Origin: Candidatus Bipolaricaulaceae bacterium
GTDB lineage: Bacteria > Bipolaricaulota > Bipolaricaulia > Bipolaricaulales > Bipolaricaulaceae
Reading direction: 5' to 3'
Assembly (NCBI GenBank): GCA_049975705.1
Contig: JBNGCS010000019.1
Location: 1-23,988, forward strand
Length of the DNA: 23,988 nt
Shown here: in pieces, positions 8,241 to 16,241 of the stretch
Position numbering within the stretch: the first letter of the stretch is position 1
Layout of the letters: the number at the start of each line of letters is the position of its first letter
Notes under the pieces: generated by a model
What the model was told of the DNA's origin: nothing
Seen by the model: the letters and a program-made list of their open reading frames with translations, nothing else
Databases searched by the model: none
Program-made: the position numbers and the translations under genes

Positions 8241-9662
8241 TCAGCCCTCACCCCGGCCGGGGGCGATCGACACCGCCTCCACCACCCGCCGCTGCCAGCT
8301 GCCGCTGGCCACCAACCCCAGCGCCAACAGGCCGCTGACCACGTTGCTGGCGGACATCCCCCACCACACGCCGGTGGCCCCCAGACCGGCGGAGAAGGCC
8401 AGGCCGTAGCTCAACGGGATCCGCAGCACCCACAGGCGTAGCAGCCCCAACAGCATGGTGGGCACGTTGTGCCCCGCCCCCCGGTAGATGGCGGCGGCCG
8501 CGAAGAACGCCCCCAGCAACGGCATGCCCACGGCGAACACCTCGATGAACTGGGCCCCCATGGCGATGACATCTTCCCGCCCGGGGATGAACAGGGCCAC
8601 CAGTGGGCGCCGCAGGGCCCACAGCAGGGCGGCTTGGGCGGATAAGACGATCAGCAACCCGCCGAACCCCTGGCGTACGACCTGGCGGGCGCGGGCGAAC
8701 CGTTCCGCGCCCAGGGCCTGGCCCACCATGGTGGACAGCCCCGTGCTCAGCCCATCGGCCACGATGAACACCAGCCCCAGCAGCCGGTCGGCGATGCCGT
8801 AGCCGGCCAGCGCCACCTCAGGGTTGGGGAGCCGGCCGATGAGTCCGGTGAGCACCACGAACCCGAACGCCACGCCGGACTGGCCCACTGCGGCTGGCAG
8901 TCCGATCCGCAGCGATTTGATGAACCAGCTGGCCCGCGGCCGCAGGTCCGGTGGCCGGATCCGCAGCCCGCTGGTTCCCCGGAGCAGCAGCCCCACACAG
9001 GCCATGGCGGTCAGGCCCTGGGCCGCCACCGTGGCGTAGGCGGCTCCGGCGATGCCCAGGCTGGGCACCGGTCCCCAGCCGAGGACCAGCAGCGGGTCCA
9101 GGGCCATGTTGAGTACCAGCCCTGCCCCGTTGACCCACAGCGGCGTCCAGGTGTCCCCAGAGGCGGCGAGGGAGAAGTAGAACAGCCCGGGCACCAGCAG
9201 GGAGATCAGGCCCAGGAAGATGACTCGCAGGTACACGGCGGCGGCCCCGGCCACCTGCGGTGCTGCCACCAGCAGGGCGAGGAGCCAGGGGGTGGCCAGG
9301 TAGCCCAGGCCGCCGAGGAGCAGGCCGGCCCCCACCGCCAGGGTCAGCAGTTGGCCGAGGGCCAGGTGCGCCTCTCGGGCGCGGCCGGCCCCCAGGTACT
9401 GGGCCACCAACGCAGTCACCGCCGCCCCCCCGAACCCGGAGGCGAAGGAGATGAGGAACCACATCACCGGCCAGGAGACCTGGATCCCAGCCACCGCCGG
9501 TCCGGCCTCGCCGGCCGGGAGGTGTCCGATCCAGAAGGCGTCCGCCAGGTTGTACAGGGTCAGCAGGAGGGAGAACACCACCGCCGGCCCCCCGATGCGG
9601 GCCATGACCGGCAGCGGCGCCCCGGAGAGGATTTCCTCGCGCGACGGTGCCTTGATCCGCAT
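8241..9662 (-). CDS. MATE family efflux transporter
   Basis: It is 473 aa, about 12 TM, with a NorM/DinF-like N-terminus (LLTLYNLADAFWIGHL...ALVAQYLGAGRAREA). ATG 9662 has no SD, and TATACT lies 7 nt upstream. Confidence 0.82.
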   Translation of the reverse strand: MRIKAPSREEILSGAPLPVMARIGGPAVVFSLLLTLYNLADAFWIGHLPAGEAGPAVAGIQVSWPVMWFLISFASGFGGAAVTALVAQYLGAGRAREAHLALGQLLTLAVGAGLLLGGLGYLATPWLLALLVAAPQVAGAAAVYLRVIFLGLISLLVPGLFYFSLAASGDTWTPLWVNGAGLVLNMALDPLLVLGWGPVPSLGIAGAAYATVAAQGLTAMACVGLLLRGTSGLRIRPPDLRPRASWFIKSLRIGLPAAVGQSGVAFGFVVLTGLIGRLPNPEVALAGYGIADRLLGLVFIVADGLSTGLSTMVGQALGAERFARARQVVRQGFGGLLIVLSAQAALLWALRRPLVALFIPGREDVIAMGAQFIEVFAVGMPLLGAFFAAAAIYRGAGHNVPTMLLGLLRLWVLRIPLSYGLAFSAGLGATGVWWGMSASNVVSGLLALGLVASGSWQRRVVEAVSIAPGRGEG

Positions 9663-9711
9663 GGGGACGAGTATACCGTGGAGGGTGGGGCCTTCCGTAC
9701 TCCGGGTCTCC

Positions 9712-10809
9712 CTAAGGCGGAGCGGACCCGCCCCGTGGGTACCCGCTCACCAGCAGGTCTCCCCCCACCTGCTCCACGGTGAGCCCGTCGACCCGCAGGG
9801 CGGCCTGCGGGGACGGGAAGCCCGCCCCCCCCACGGCGGACACGGCGGCCCGCCCCCCGAGGATCAACGGGGCGTACAGCAGGTACAGCTTGTTGACCAG
9901 GCCCTGGGAGAGGAAGGACCACGCCACCTCCCCCCCGCCCTCCACGAGCACCGAGTCCATCCCCCGCTCCCCCAGCCGCTGCAGCAATGCAGGCAGGGCA
10001 ACACGTTCTCCATCGCTGGGAAGCTCCCATACCTCGGCGCCGCGGGCGGCCAGCTCCTGCCGTCGGCGGGCGGGGACCCCTGGCCCGGTGGCCACCACCG
10101 TGGGGGCGTGGGGCGACAGGACGTTGGCACCGGCTGGCAGGCGGGCGTGGGTGTCCAGCACCACGCGAACGGGGGAGGGGCCGGGAACCTGCCGCACGGT
10201 GAGTTCAGGGTCGTCGGCGAGCACGGTGCCGATGCCCACCACCACGGCGGCGTGCCGCCGCCGCAGGCGGTGCCCCTCTCGGCGTGCCTCGGGGCCCGTG
10301 ATCCAGCGGGCGGCCCCAGTCCGGGAGGCGATCTTCCCATCCAGGGACAGGGCCAGTTTCAGGGCCACCAGGGGCCGACCGGTGGCAATCCAGTGGAAGA
10401 AGATCTCGTTCAGCCTGGTGGCTTCCTCCTTCAACACCCCTTCCACCACGCTGATCCCGGCCGCGCGGAGCCTGGCCACGCCGCGGCCGTTCACCAGCGG
10501 GTTTGGATCGCGAGTGGCCACTATGACCCGGCGCACGCCGGCGGCCAGGATCCGGTCGGTGCACGGCGGGGTCATGCCTTGGTGGGCGCAAGGTTCGAGG
10601 TTGACGTACAGGTCAGCACCTTTCGCCCTGTCCCCCGCCCGCTCCAGCGCCACTGCCTCCGCGTGCGGCCCCCCATAGCCGGCGTGGTGACCCTCGGCCA
10701 CTACCCTGCCGTCGGCCACCACCACCGCGCCCACCAGTGGGTTGGGGCGGGTGTACCCCTCGCCCAGCCGGGCCAGGTCCAGGGCCCGTCTCATGAACGC
10801 TTCGTGCAC
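9712..10809 (-). CDS. ribD: Bifunctional riboflavin biosynthesis deaminase/reductase
   Basis: It has a CMP/dCMP deaminase zinc motif (HAEAVAL...NLEPCAHQGMTPPC) and a RibD C-terminal reductase domain (LDGKIA...GGGEVAWSFL). Confidence 0.9.
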   Translation of the reverse strand: MHEAFMRRALDLARLGEGYTRPNPLVGAVVVADGRVVAEGHHAGYGGPHAEAVALERAGDRAKGADLYVNLEPCAHQGMTPPCTDRILAAGVRRVIVATRDPNPLVNGRGVARLRAAGISVVEGVLKEEATRLNEIFFHWIATGRPLVALKLALSLDGKIASRTGAARWITGPEARREGHRLRRRHAAVVVGIGTVLADDPELTVRQVPGPSPVRVVLDTHARLPAGANVLSPHAPTVVATGPGVPARRRQELAARGAEVWELPSDGERVALPALLQRLGERGMDSVLVEGGGEVAWSFLSQGLVNKLYLLYAPLILGGRAAVSAVGGAGFPSPQAALRVDGLTVEQVGGDLLVSGYPRGGSAPP

Positions 10810-11447
10810 CCTCCCGCCTCCAGCAGGCGGATGGCAGCCGCGCGGGGGTCAGGCTGACCGTACACGCTCGAACCGGCCACGATTACGTCCGCACCCGCCT
10901 CCACCACCCGGCTCACGTTGCCCGGGTTGATCCCCCCGTCTACGGCGATGCACACGGGGCGACCGCCGATACGGGTCCGCAGCTCGCGCACCCGGTCCAC
11001 AGCCTGGGGCATGAACGACTGGCCGCCGAACCCGGGCTCTACGGACATCACCAGCACCCAGTCCACCCGATCCAGGAAGGGGACCAGGGAGGCCAGCGGC
11101 GTGCTGGGCCGCAGGGACAGCCCGGCGCGGCAGCCCAACCCACGCACCGCCTCCAAGGTGGGCCCCACCGGATCCGCCGCCTCCACGTGGAAGGTGATCA
11201 CGTCGGCGGGGCCCACTTCGAACCGGGGTGCGTACAGGGCGGGCCGGTCGATCATCAGGTGAATGTCCAGCGGGGTCCGCAGGTGGCGGCGCAGGGCGTT
11301 GGCCACCACTGGGCCGAAGGTGAGGTTGGGCACGAAGTGCCCGTCCATCACGTCCAGGTGGAAGTAGCTGGCCACTCCTTCCAGCTGTTGGGCTTCGGCG
11401 GCCAGCCGGCCGAAGTCGGCTGAGAGCAGGGAGGGGGAAAGCCTCAT
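10791..11447 (-). CDS. rpe: Ribulose-phosphate 3-epimerase
   Basis: PSLLSADF, HLDVMDGHFVPNLTFGP, VDGGINPGN and AGADVIVAGS motifs are present. It overlaps ribD by 19 nt and the upstream peptidase by 4 nt. Confidence 0.92.
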   Translation of the reverse strand: MRLSPSLLSADFGRLAAEAQQLEGVASYFHLDVMDGHFVPNLTFGPVVANALRRHLRTPLDIHLMIDRPALYAPRFEVGPADVITFHVEAADPVGPTLEAVRGLGCRAGLSLRPSTPLASLVPFLDRVDWVLVMSVEPGFGGQSFMPQAVDRVRELRTRIGGRPVCIAVDGGINPGNVSRVVEAGADVIVAGSSVYGQPDPRAAAIRLLEAGGCTKRS

Positions 11448-12124
11448 CGCCTCCGGCCGGCGATGAGGAGCATGGAGATGAGCTGGAGCGCGGCCATGGC
11501 CGCAGAGGCCACGTAGGTCAACGCTGCGGCGGTCAGTACCTCCTTCACCGCCCCCACCTCCTCTCGGGTGACCATGCCGGTGGTGGCCAGCGCGGCCACC
11601 GCGCGGCGGGAGGCGTTGAACTCCACCGGCAGGGTGATGAGAGTGAACAGCACGGCCGCGGCGAACAGGATGATACCCAGGTTGAGGAGGAAGTCGGCTC
11701 GGAACAGCAGCCCGATGAAGAACAGGGGGAACGCCAGCTGAGATCCGAAGCTGGCCACCGGCACCACCGCCGTGCGCAGGGCGAGCGGGGCGTAGCCGCG
11801 CGCGTGCTGGATGGCGTGTCCGGCCTCGTGCGCGGCCACCCCCACGGCGGCCACCGACGTGGACGTGGGCGCGGACAGCCTCAGGGTCTTGGACCGGGGG
11901 TCGTAGTGGTCCCCCAGGGTCCGTGAGATTCCCTCGATCTTCACCCCCTGCACCCCCGCCCGGCCCAACAGCTCCTCGGCGGCCTGGGCGGCAGTGACCC
12001 GGTATTGGGTGGAGACCTGCATGTACTTGGCATAGGTGGACCGCACGCGGTAGGAGGCGTACATGGCCAGGGCGAGCGCCGGCAACAGCAGCAGCAACCT
12101 CTCCGGATAGAACAACCAGAACAT
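11444..12124 (-). CDS. Membrane zinc metallopeptidase (Zn_peptidase_2 family)
   Basis: The HEAGHAIQH motif is flanked by TM helices. ATG 12124 is preceded by TGAGGAGGTGCACACG. Confidence 0.75.
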   Translation of the reverse strand: MFWLFYPERLLLLLPALALAMYASYRVRSTYAKYMQVSTQYRVTAAQAAEELLGRAGVQGVKIEGISRTLGDHYDPRSKTLRLSAPTSTSVAAVGVAAHEAGHAIQHARGYAPLALRTAVVPVASFGSQLAFPLFFIGLLFRADFLLNLGIILFAAAVLFTLITLPVEFNASRRAVAALATTGMVTREEVGAVKEVLTAAALTYVASAAMAALQLISMLLIAGRRR

Positions 12125-12147
12125 CGTGTGCACCTCCTCAACGGGCA

Positions 12148-12176
12148 ATTATAGCCCGGCGGGGGAGGCGGTCATA
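12148..12176 (-). promoter_or_regulatory. Putative promoter of the peptidase-rpe-ribD operon: TATGAC-N17-TATAAT, embedded in the rnpB 3' hairpin.
   Basis: TATAAT is the complement of 12148-12153 and lies 24 nt before ATG 12124. Confidence 0.35.
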
Positions 12177-12513
12177 GGCCGGATTCTGTCGCGGGGAGCC
12201 ATCCATCTGTGCGGCCTACCCGGGGGCATCGGGCGGGCCACCCTCACGCGCCCCCCTATTTGGCCTTGCTCCGGCCGGGGTTTGCCGTGCCCGGGAGCCT
12301 CGCGGTCCCGGCGGTGGGCTCTTACCCCACCGTTTCACCCTTGCCCGCACCCCATCCCCCCCGGGATGGGGCCGTTGGCGGTCTGTTCTCTGTGGCACTT
12401 TCCGGGGGTCGCCCCCCCTCGGGTTTCCCCGAGCGGCCTGCCCTGGGGAGTCCGGACCTTCCTCAGGGGCCGAGCCGGCCCCCGCGGCTCCCTGCCCCCC
12501 TCCCCCGCCGCTG
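12153..12513 (-). ncRNA. rnpB: RNase P RNA, bacterial type A
   Basis: Read on the minus strand: GAGGAAGGUCCGGACUCC (P4 5' strand), GGGCAGGCCGCUCGGGGAAACCC, GUGCCACAGAGAACAGACCGCCAACGGC, AAGGGUGAAACGGUGGGGUAAGAGCCCACC, GGAGCAAGGCCAAAUAGGGG (P15 loop), CCCGGGUAGGCCGC, ACAGAAUCCGGCCUAUGA (P4 3' strand), and P1 GGCGGGGGAGG / CCUCCCCCGCC. The ends are approximate to within about 10 nt. Confidence 0.88.
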
Positions 12514-13224
12514 GGCCCTGGTGTGACCACACCGAGGGCACGCCCACATTATACCCCAGGGGAGGTCGCGCCGGCGCAAGGGACGGAGACAGCGAGGGCA
12601 CAGGCGACCGCGGGCGAACAGGAAGATCCCGGCCGCCCCCAGCAGTCCGGCCACCAAGTAGGACCACACTGGCCCGCCCGGGCTGCCGGCCGGCGGCGCC
12701 TCCCCCCGCGCCAGGCGGACCAGGTCGCCGGCCAGGGCGAGCACGGCTTGCCCGGGGCGGAAGCGACGCGCGGCGGCCTGGGCGCGGGCCAACAGGTCGC
12801 GGAACCGGTCCGGGGGCAGGATGGGGTGAGAGCCCGGCCCTTGCCAACCGGCGACCGTCCACTCCCCGGCCAAGCGGCAGAACACCACCAGCACGCTGGT
12901 CGGTCCTAGGTCCCAGGCGCGGAACACTTCCCGTGCGTATAGCGTCAGGTCGCCGAATGGGTCCCGCCAGGTGGCCAGGTAGACCAGCGACACCCCCTCC
13001 TCGTCCAGGGCGGCGATGGCCTGGGCCAGCTGTTCCCGTTGGTCCCGCTCCAGGGTCTGCCCGTAGTCGTTGATCGCCCCCACGGGCCGGGGGAGGGCGG
13101 CTTCCTGTCCCCTGGCTGCTAGCGCCAGCGCCAGTACAAGAAGCGGGAGCAGTTTTCGCAGGTTACCACCCCCCGCCCCTCGCGCAGGCGCTCTACGGTG
13201 ATCTCTGAGAGGCGAAGGTGACAT
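12463..13224 (-). CDS. TPM-domain (TLP18.3/Psb32/MOLO-1 family) membrane protein with a C-terminal CxxC...CxxC zinc ribbon
   Basis: A signal-peptide-like LRKLLPLLVLALALAARG is followed by a TPM core (INDYGQTLERDQREQLAQAIAALDEEGVSLVYLATW...VLVVF), a TM helix, then CPRC-x18-CPRC. The start is uncertain, because ATG 13224 overlaps the upstream gene by 106 nt. The last ~16 codons lie inside rnpB. Confidence 0.65.
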   Translation of the reverse strand: MSPSPLRDHRRAPARGAGGGNLRKLLPLLVLALALAARGQEAALPRPVGAINDYGQTLERDQREQLAQAIAALDEEGVSLVYLATWRDPFGDLTLYAREVFRAWDLGPTSVLVVFCRLAGEWTVAGWQGPGSHPILPPDRFRDLLARAQAAARRFRPGQAVLALAGDLVRLARGEAPPAGSPGGPVWSYLVAGLLGAAGIFLFARGRLCPRCLRPLRRRDLPWGIMWACPRCGHTRAQRRGRGAGSRGGRLGP

Positions 13225-13826
13225 CCTCCACAGGCAGCGTCTTCCGCCGCCGCCACCGGGTCGGAGAACGACTCCCGCAGGCGATCGTAGTGCTGACGTA
13301 GGTGGGCCGGCACCTCGGCTGCCGCCTCCTCCCGCCGCGCCCGCAGCCCGTCCCGCTCGGCCAGCAGTTCCTGTTGGCGGCGGAGCACCCCGTCGATCTC
13401 CTCCTCCAGCCGGCGGCGCCGCTGGCGGTGGGCAGCGGCCGCCTGCTCCAGGTTACGGGCGTCCTCCTCCGCCGCGTCCATCAGCTGGAGAGCCTCCTCC
13501 TCCAGCTGGTCCAGCCGGTCCCGCAACCAGCCCACCTGGTGGCGCAGGTGCTCCATCTCCTTGTAGGCGATGATGTCCTGGTCAAGTTTCTTTTGGTAGC
13601 TGCGGATGCGGGCATCCGTCTCGTCCACCTCCGCCGCCTTGTCCGTGGCTCGCCGCTGCAGGCTGCGGTGCTCTTCCTGGCGCCGGCTGAATTGCTGGTC
13701 CTCTTCCTCCAGCCGGGTCCGCAGCCGGACCACCTCGCCCTTCAGGTCGGCCAGCTTGCCCTCCAAGTTGTCCATCGCCCGGTCGACTCGGTAGAGGGCC
13801 AGCAGCCGCTCCAACTCGTCGCTCAC
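13119..13826 (-). CDS. COG1579-type coiled-coil protein with a C4 zinc ribbon (the usual Nif3 partner)
   Basis: A long E/R/Q-rich coiled coil is followed by CGGCHLRLSEITVERL...VTCENCSRFLY. ATGA couples it to nif3. Confidence 0.8.
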   Translation of the reverse strand: MSDELERLLALYRVDRAMDNLEGKLADLKGEVVRLRTRLEEEDQQFSRRQEEHRSLQRRATDKAAEVDETDARIRSYQKKLDQDIIAYKEMEHLRHQVGWLRDRLDQLEEEALQLMDAAEEDARNLEQAAAAHRQRRRRLEEEIDGVLRRQQELLAERDGLRARREEAAAEVPAHLRQHYDRLRESFSDPVAAAEDAACGGCHLRLSEITVERLREGRGVVTCENCSRFLYWRWR

Positions 13827-14884
13827 GCCCCCACCACCTCCAGGCCGGGCAGCTGCCGGGACAACAAGTCCACCAGGTGGGCCACGAACGGCCGTTCTGT
13901 CTCGGCGTGGCCCAACGCCGCCACCGCCAATCCGTGCTCAGCGGCCTGCTGTCCGAGGTGGTAGCCGATCTCCCCGGTGATGAGAAGCTGAGCGCCGGCG
14001 TCCAGGGCTTCCTGCCACAGCCCGCCGCCACTGCCGCCGCACACGGCCACCCGCCGGACCGGGCGCTCCAGTTTCCCCCAGCATCGCGCAGGCTGAGCGG
14101 CGCCCAGGCGCCGGGCGAATTCCTCCACCACCGCGCCGGCCGCGGCCGGCTCGAGCAGGTCCCCCACCCGGCCCAGCCCGTGGAGGGAGATGTCATTTTC
14201 CAGCCGGTACAGATCGAAGGCGACCTCCTCATAGGGGTGGGCGCCCTGGAGGGCGGCGATGGCCTGGGCAGCGGCCTCGGCGGGAACCACCGTCTCCAAC
14301 CTCACCTCGTCCACCTGCTGTTCGGTGCCCACCTCCCCCAGAAACGGGCGGGCACCCGCCTTGGGCAGGAAGGTCCCCCTCCCGGGCGCCCGGAACGAGC
14401 AGCTGCCGTAGCGGCCCACCTCGCCGGCCCCGGCGGCGAACAGCGCCGCCGCCACTTGCTCCACATGCGCGGGAGGCACGAAGGTGACCAGCTTCATCGC
14501 CCGGCCGCGGGGCGCCAGCGGCCGGGGGTTCTGCAGGCCGAGGAGGTCGGCGAGCACCTCCCCCAACCCGCCGCGGGCCACGTCATAGGGGGTGTGCACG
14601 GCGTAGCAGGCGGCACCCGCCGCCAGCAGGGCGGCCAGCTTCCCTCCGGTCGGGGTCTCCGGCTGTACCACCTGAAGCGCCCTGAACAGCAGCGGGTGGT
14701 GGGTCACCACCAGGTCCACCCCGTCCAGGTGCGCGGCCAGCTCCGTGGTCAGATCGAGGGCCACCACCACCCGGCGGCAGGCCGCCCCCAGCGGTCCCAC
14801 CTGCAACCCCGAGCGATCCCACTCCTCGGCCAGGGCGGGCGGGAAGTGGGCATCGAGGACGGAGACCACATCAGCCCGTTGCAT
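13823..14884 (-). CDS. Nif3-family dinuclear metal centre protein (YqfO/YbgI-like)
   Basis: DLVVTHHPLLF, a C-terminal GHAETERPF, and an inserted PII-like domain. Start is chosen at ATG 14884 (MQRADVVSVLD). Confidence 0.85.
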   Translation of the reverse strand: MQRADVVSVLDAHFPPALAEEWDRSGLQVGPLGAACRRVVVALDLTTELAAHLDGVDLVVTHHPLLFRALQVVQPETPTGGKLAALLAAGAACYAVHTPYDVARGGLGEVLADLLGLQNPRPLAPRGRAMKLVTFVPPAHVEQVAAALFAAGAGEVGRYGSCSFRAPGRGTFLPKAGARPFLGEVGTEQQVDEVRLETVVPAEAAAQAIAALQGAHPYEEVAFDLYRLENDISLHGLGRVGDLLEPAAAGAVVEEFARRLGAAQPARCWGKLERPVRRVAVCGGSGGGLWQEALDAGAQLLITGEIGYHLGQQAAEHGLAVAALGHAETERPFVAHLVDLLSRQLPGLEVVGA

Positions 14885-14892
14885 GGTCGGTG

Positions 14893-14922
14893 AGTGTAGC
14901 CCTGTCCTCACTTGCCCCGCAA
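14893..14922 (-). promoter_or_regulatory. Putative nif3 promoter: TTGCGG-N18-TACACT, 8 nt before the ATG (leaderless).
   Basis: Read on the minus strand in the 65-bp divergent region. There is no SD. Confidence 0.3.
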
Positions 14923-14949
14923 GCCCGCCCTGCGTACCCTGCAGCGGCG

Positions 14950-16047
14950 ATGGCCACGCGGACTGGTACAGCGGATTTGCCCTTGCATGGCGGCCACGCG
15001 CCTCGATGGCTGTTCTCCCGCATGGTGGCCCTGGGCCGCGAGATCCTGTGGGCGTTGGGGGAGGAGCTGGGCACGGCGGCGGTGTTGGCCCGGCTCGCCG
15101 ACCCCTTCTGGTTCCAGTCGCTGGGGTGTCTGCTGGGCTTCGACTGGCACTCCAGCGGGTTGACTACCACCACTTGCGGGGCGCTGAAGGTGGCGCTGGG
15201 CCGGGTGGGAGGCGAGCTGGGACTGTACGCGGCGGGCGGTAAGGGGGCGGCATCCCGGCGGGCCCCGGGCGAGATCGTAACCCACGCTGAGCGGGCTGGC
15301 CTGGAGCCGGCGGCGCTGGTGTACGCCTCGCGCATGACGGCCAAGGTGGATTCTGCTGCGCTGCAGGACGGGTTCCAGGTGTATCACCACGTGCTGTTTT
15401 TCGACCGGGGCGGCCGCTGGTGCGTGGTTCAGCAGGGGATGCACCCCGCCTCCGGCATGGCGCGCCGCTACCACTGGCTGTCGCAGGGGCTGACCAGCTT
15501 CGTGTGCGAGCCGCACCGCGGCGTGGTGGGAGGCCGGGCGGAGGTTGTCCTCAACTTGGTGGCTCGGGAGGCCCAGCCGGCACGGGGGGCGCTGCCCGAG
15601 CTGGCCCGCCGCCCGCCCGATCGGTTGGTGGGCGAGCTGACCCAGTTGGCCCGCATGCGCCTCCCCCGCCGGCACACCCTGCTGCTTGCGGATGTGAACC
15701 CCAGGCGGCTGCGCTCGGTGTTCCTGGCGGCCTACGAGGGCCACCCGACGGACTTCGCCGGGCTGCTGGCCACCCCGGGGGTGGGGGCGAAGGGGCTGCG
15801 GGCCCTGGCCCTGCTCTCCGAGCTGCTCTACGGGGCGGCCGCCTCGTTCCGCGACCCGGCCCGGTTTGCCTTCGCTCACGGCGGGAAGGACGGCACTCCG
15901 TACCCGGTGGACCGGGAGACCTACGACCACACGGTGGCCCTCCTGCGACGGGCGGTGCGCCGAGCCCGGCTGGGCCGCCGCGAGGAGCTGGCCGCCCTGC
16001 GAACCCTGGCCCGGCTGGCCGCCCCCGGGGGGGAGGGGGCGCGGTGA
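14950..16047 (+). CDS. DUF763-family protein of unknown function
   Basis: The N-terminus MATRTGTADLPLHGGHAPRWLFSRM matches the conserved DUF763 start. The body is globular, with no TM. Confidence 0.7.
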   Translation: MATRTGTADLPLHGGHAPRWLFSRMVALGREILWALGEELGTAAVLARLADPFWFQSLGCLLGFDWHSSGLTTTTCGALKVALGRVGGELGLYAAGGKGAASRRAPGEIVTHAERAGLEPAALVYASRMTAKVDSAALQDGFQVYHHVLFFDRGGRWCVVQQGMHPASGMARRYHWLSQGLTSFVCEPHRGVVGGRAEVVLNLVAREAQPARGALPELARRPPDRLVGELTQLARMRLPRRHTLLLADVNPRRLRSVFLAAYEGHPTDFAGLLATPGVGAKGLRALALLSELLYGAAASFRDPARFAFAHGGKDGTPYPVDRETYDHTVALLRRAVRRARLGRREELAALRTLARLAAPGGEGAR

Positions 16048-16229
16048 GCACGGTCATCGTCTTCCTGTACGTGGTGGCCATGGTGGTGAGCGCCGGGTGG
16101 GCGTTCCAGGATGCCGAGCGGCGGGGCAAGTCCGGCTGGCTGGCCGGGCTGATGGTGTTTTTCCTCGGGTTCCCGGGGGGCCTGTTGGCTTGGCTGCTGT
16201 TCCGCCCGGACCGCCGCCCCCAGCGGTGA
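16044..16229 (+). CDS. Small two-TM membrane protein resembling the PLD-nuclease N-terminal (PLDc_N) domain
   Basis: VSAGWAFQDAERRGKSGWLAGLMVFFLGFPGGLLAWLLFRPDR. The GTG start overlaps the DUF763 stop (GTGA). An alternative ATG is at 16080. Confidence 0.5.
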   Translation: MSTVIVFLYVVAMVVSAGWAFQDAERRGKSGWLAGLMVFFLGFPGGLLAWLLFRPDRRPQR

Positions 16230-16241
16230 GCCGGCCAGAAG

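Noticed and set aside
13159-13161. A CTG (Leu22) as the real start of the TPM-domain gene.
   Set aside because: It would be plausible topologically, since the signal peptide follows it, but CTG starts are rare and there is no SD. It is kept as an open question under the TPM finding rather than as an annotated start.
16044-16229. Treating the small ORF after DUF763 as a spurious frame.
   Set aside because: I rejected the rejection. It has two clean hydrophobic helices, a PLDc_N-like W..D..RRGK..GW pattern and a GTGA coupling overlap, so it is kept as a low-confidence CDS.
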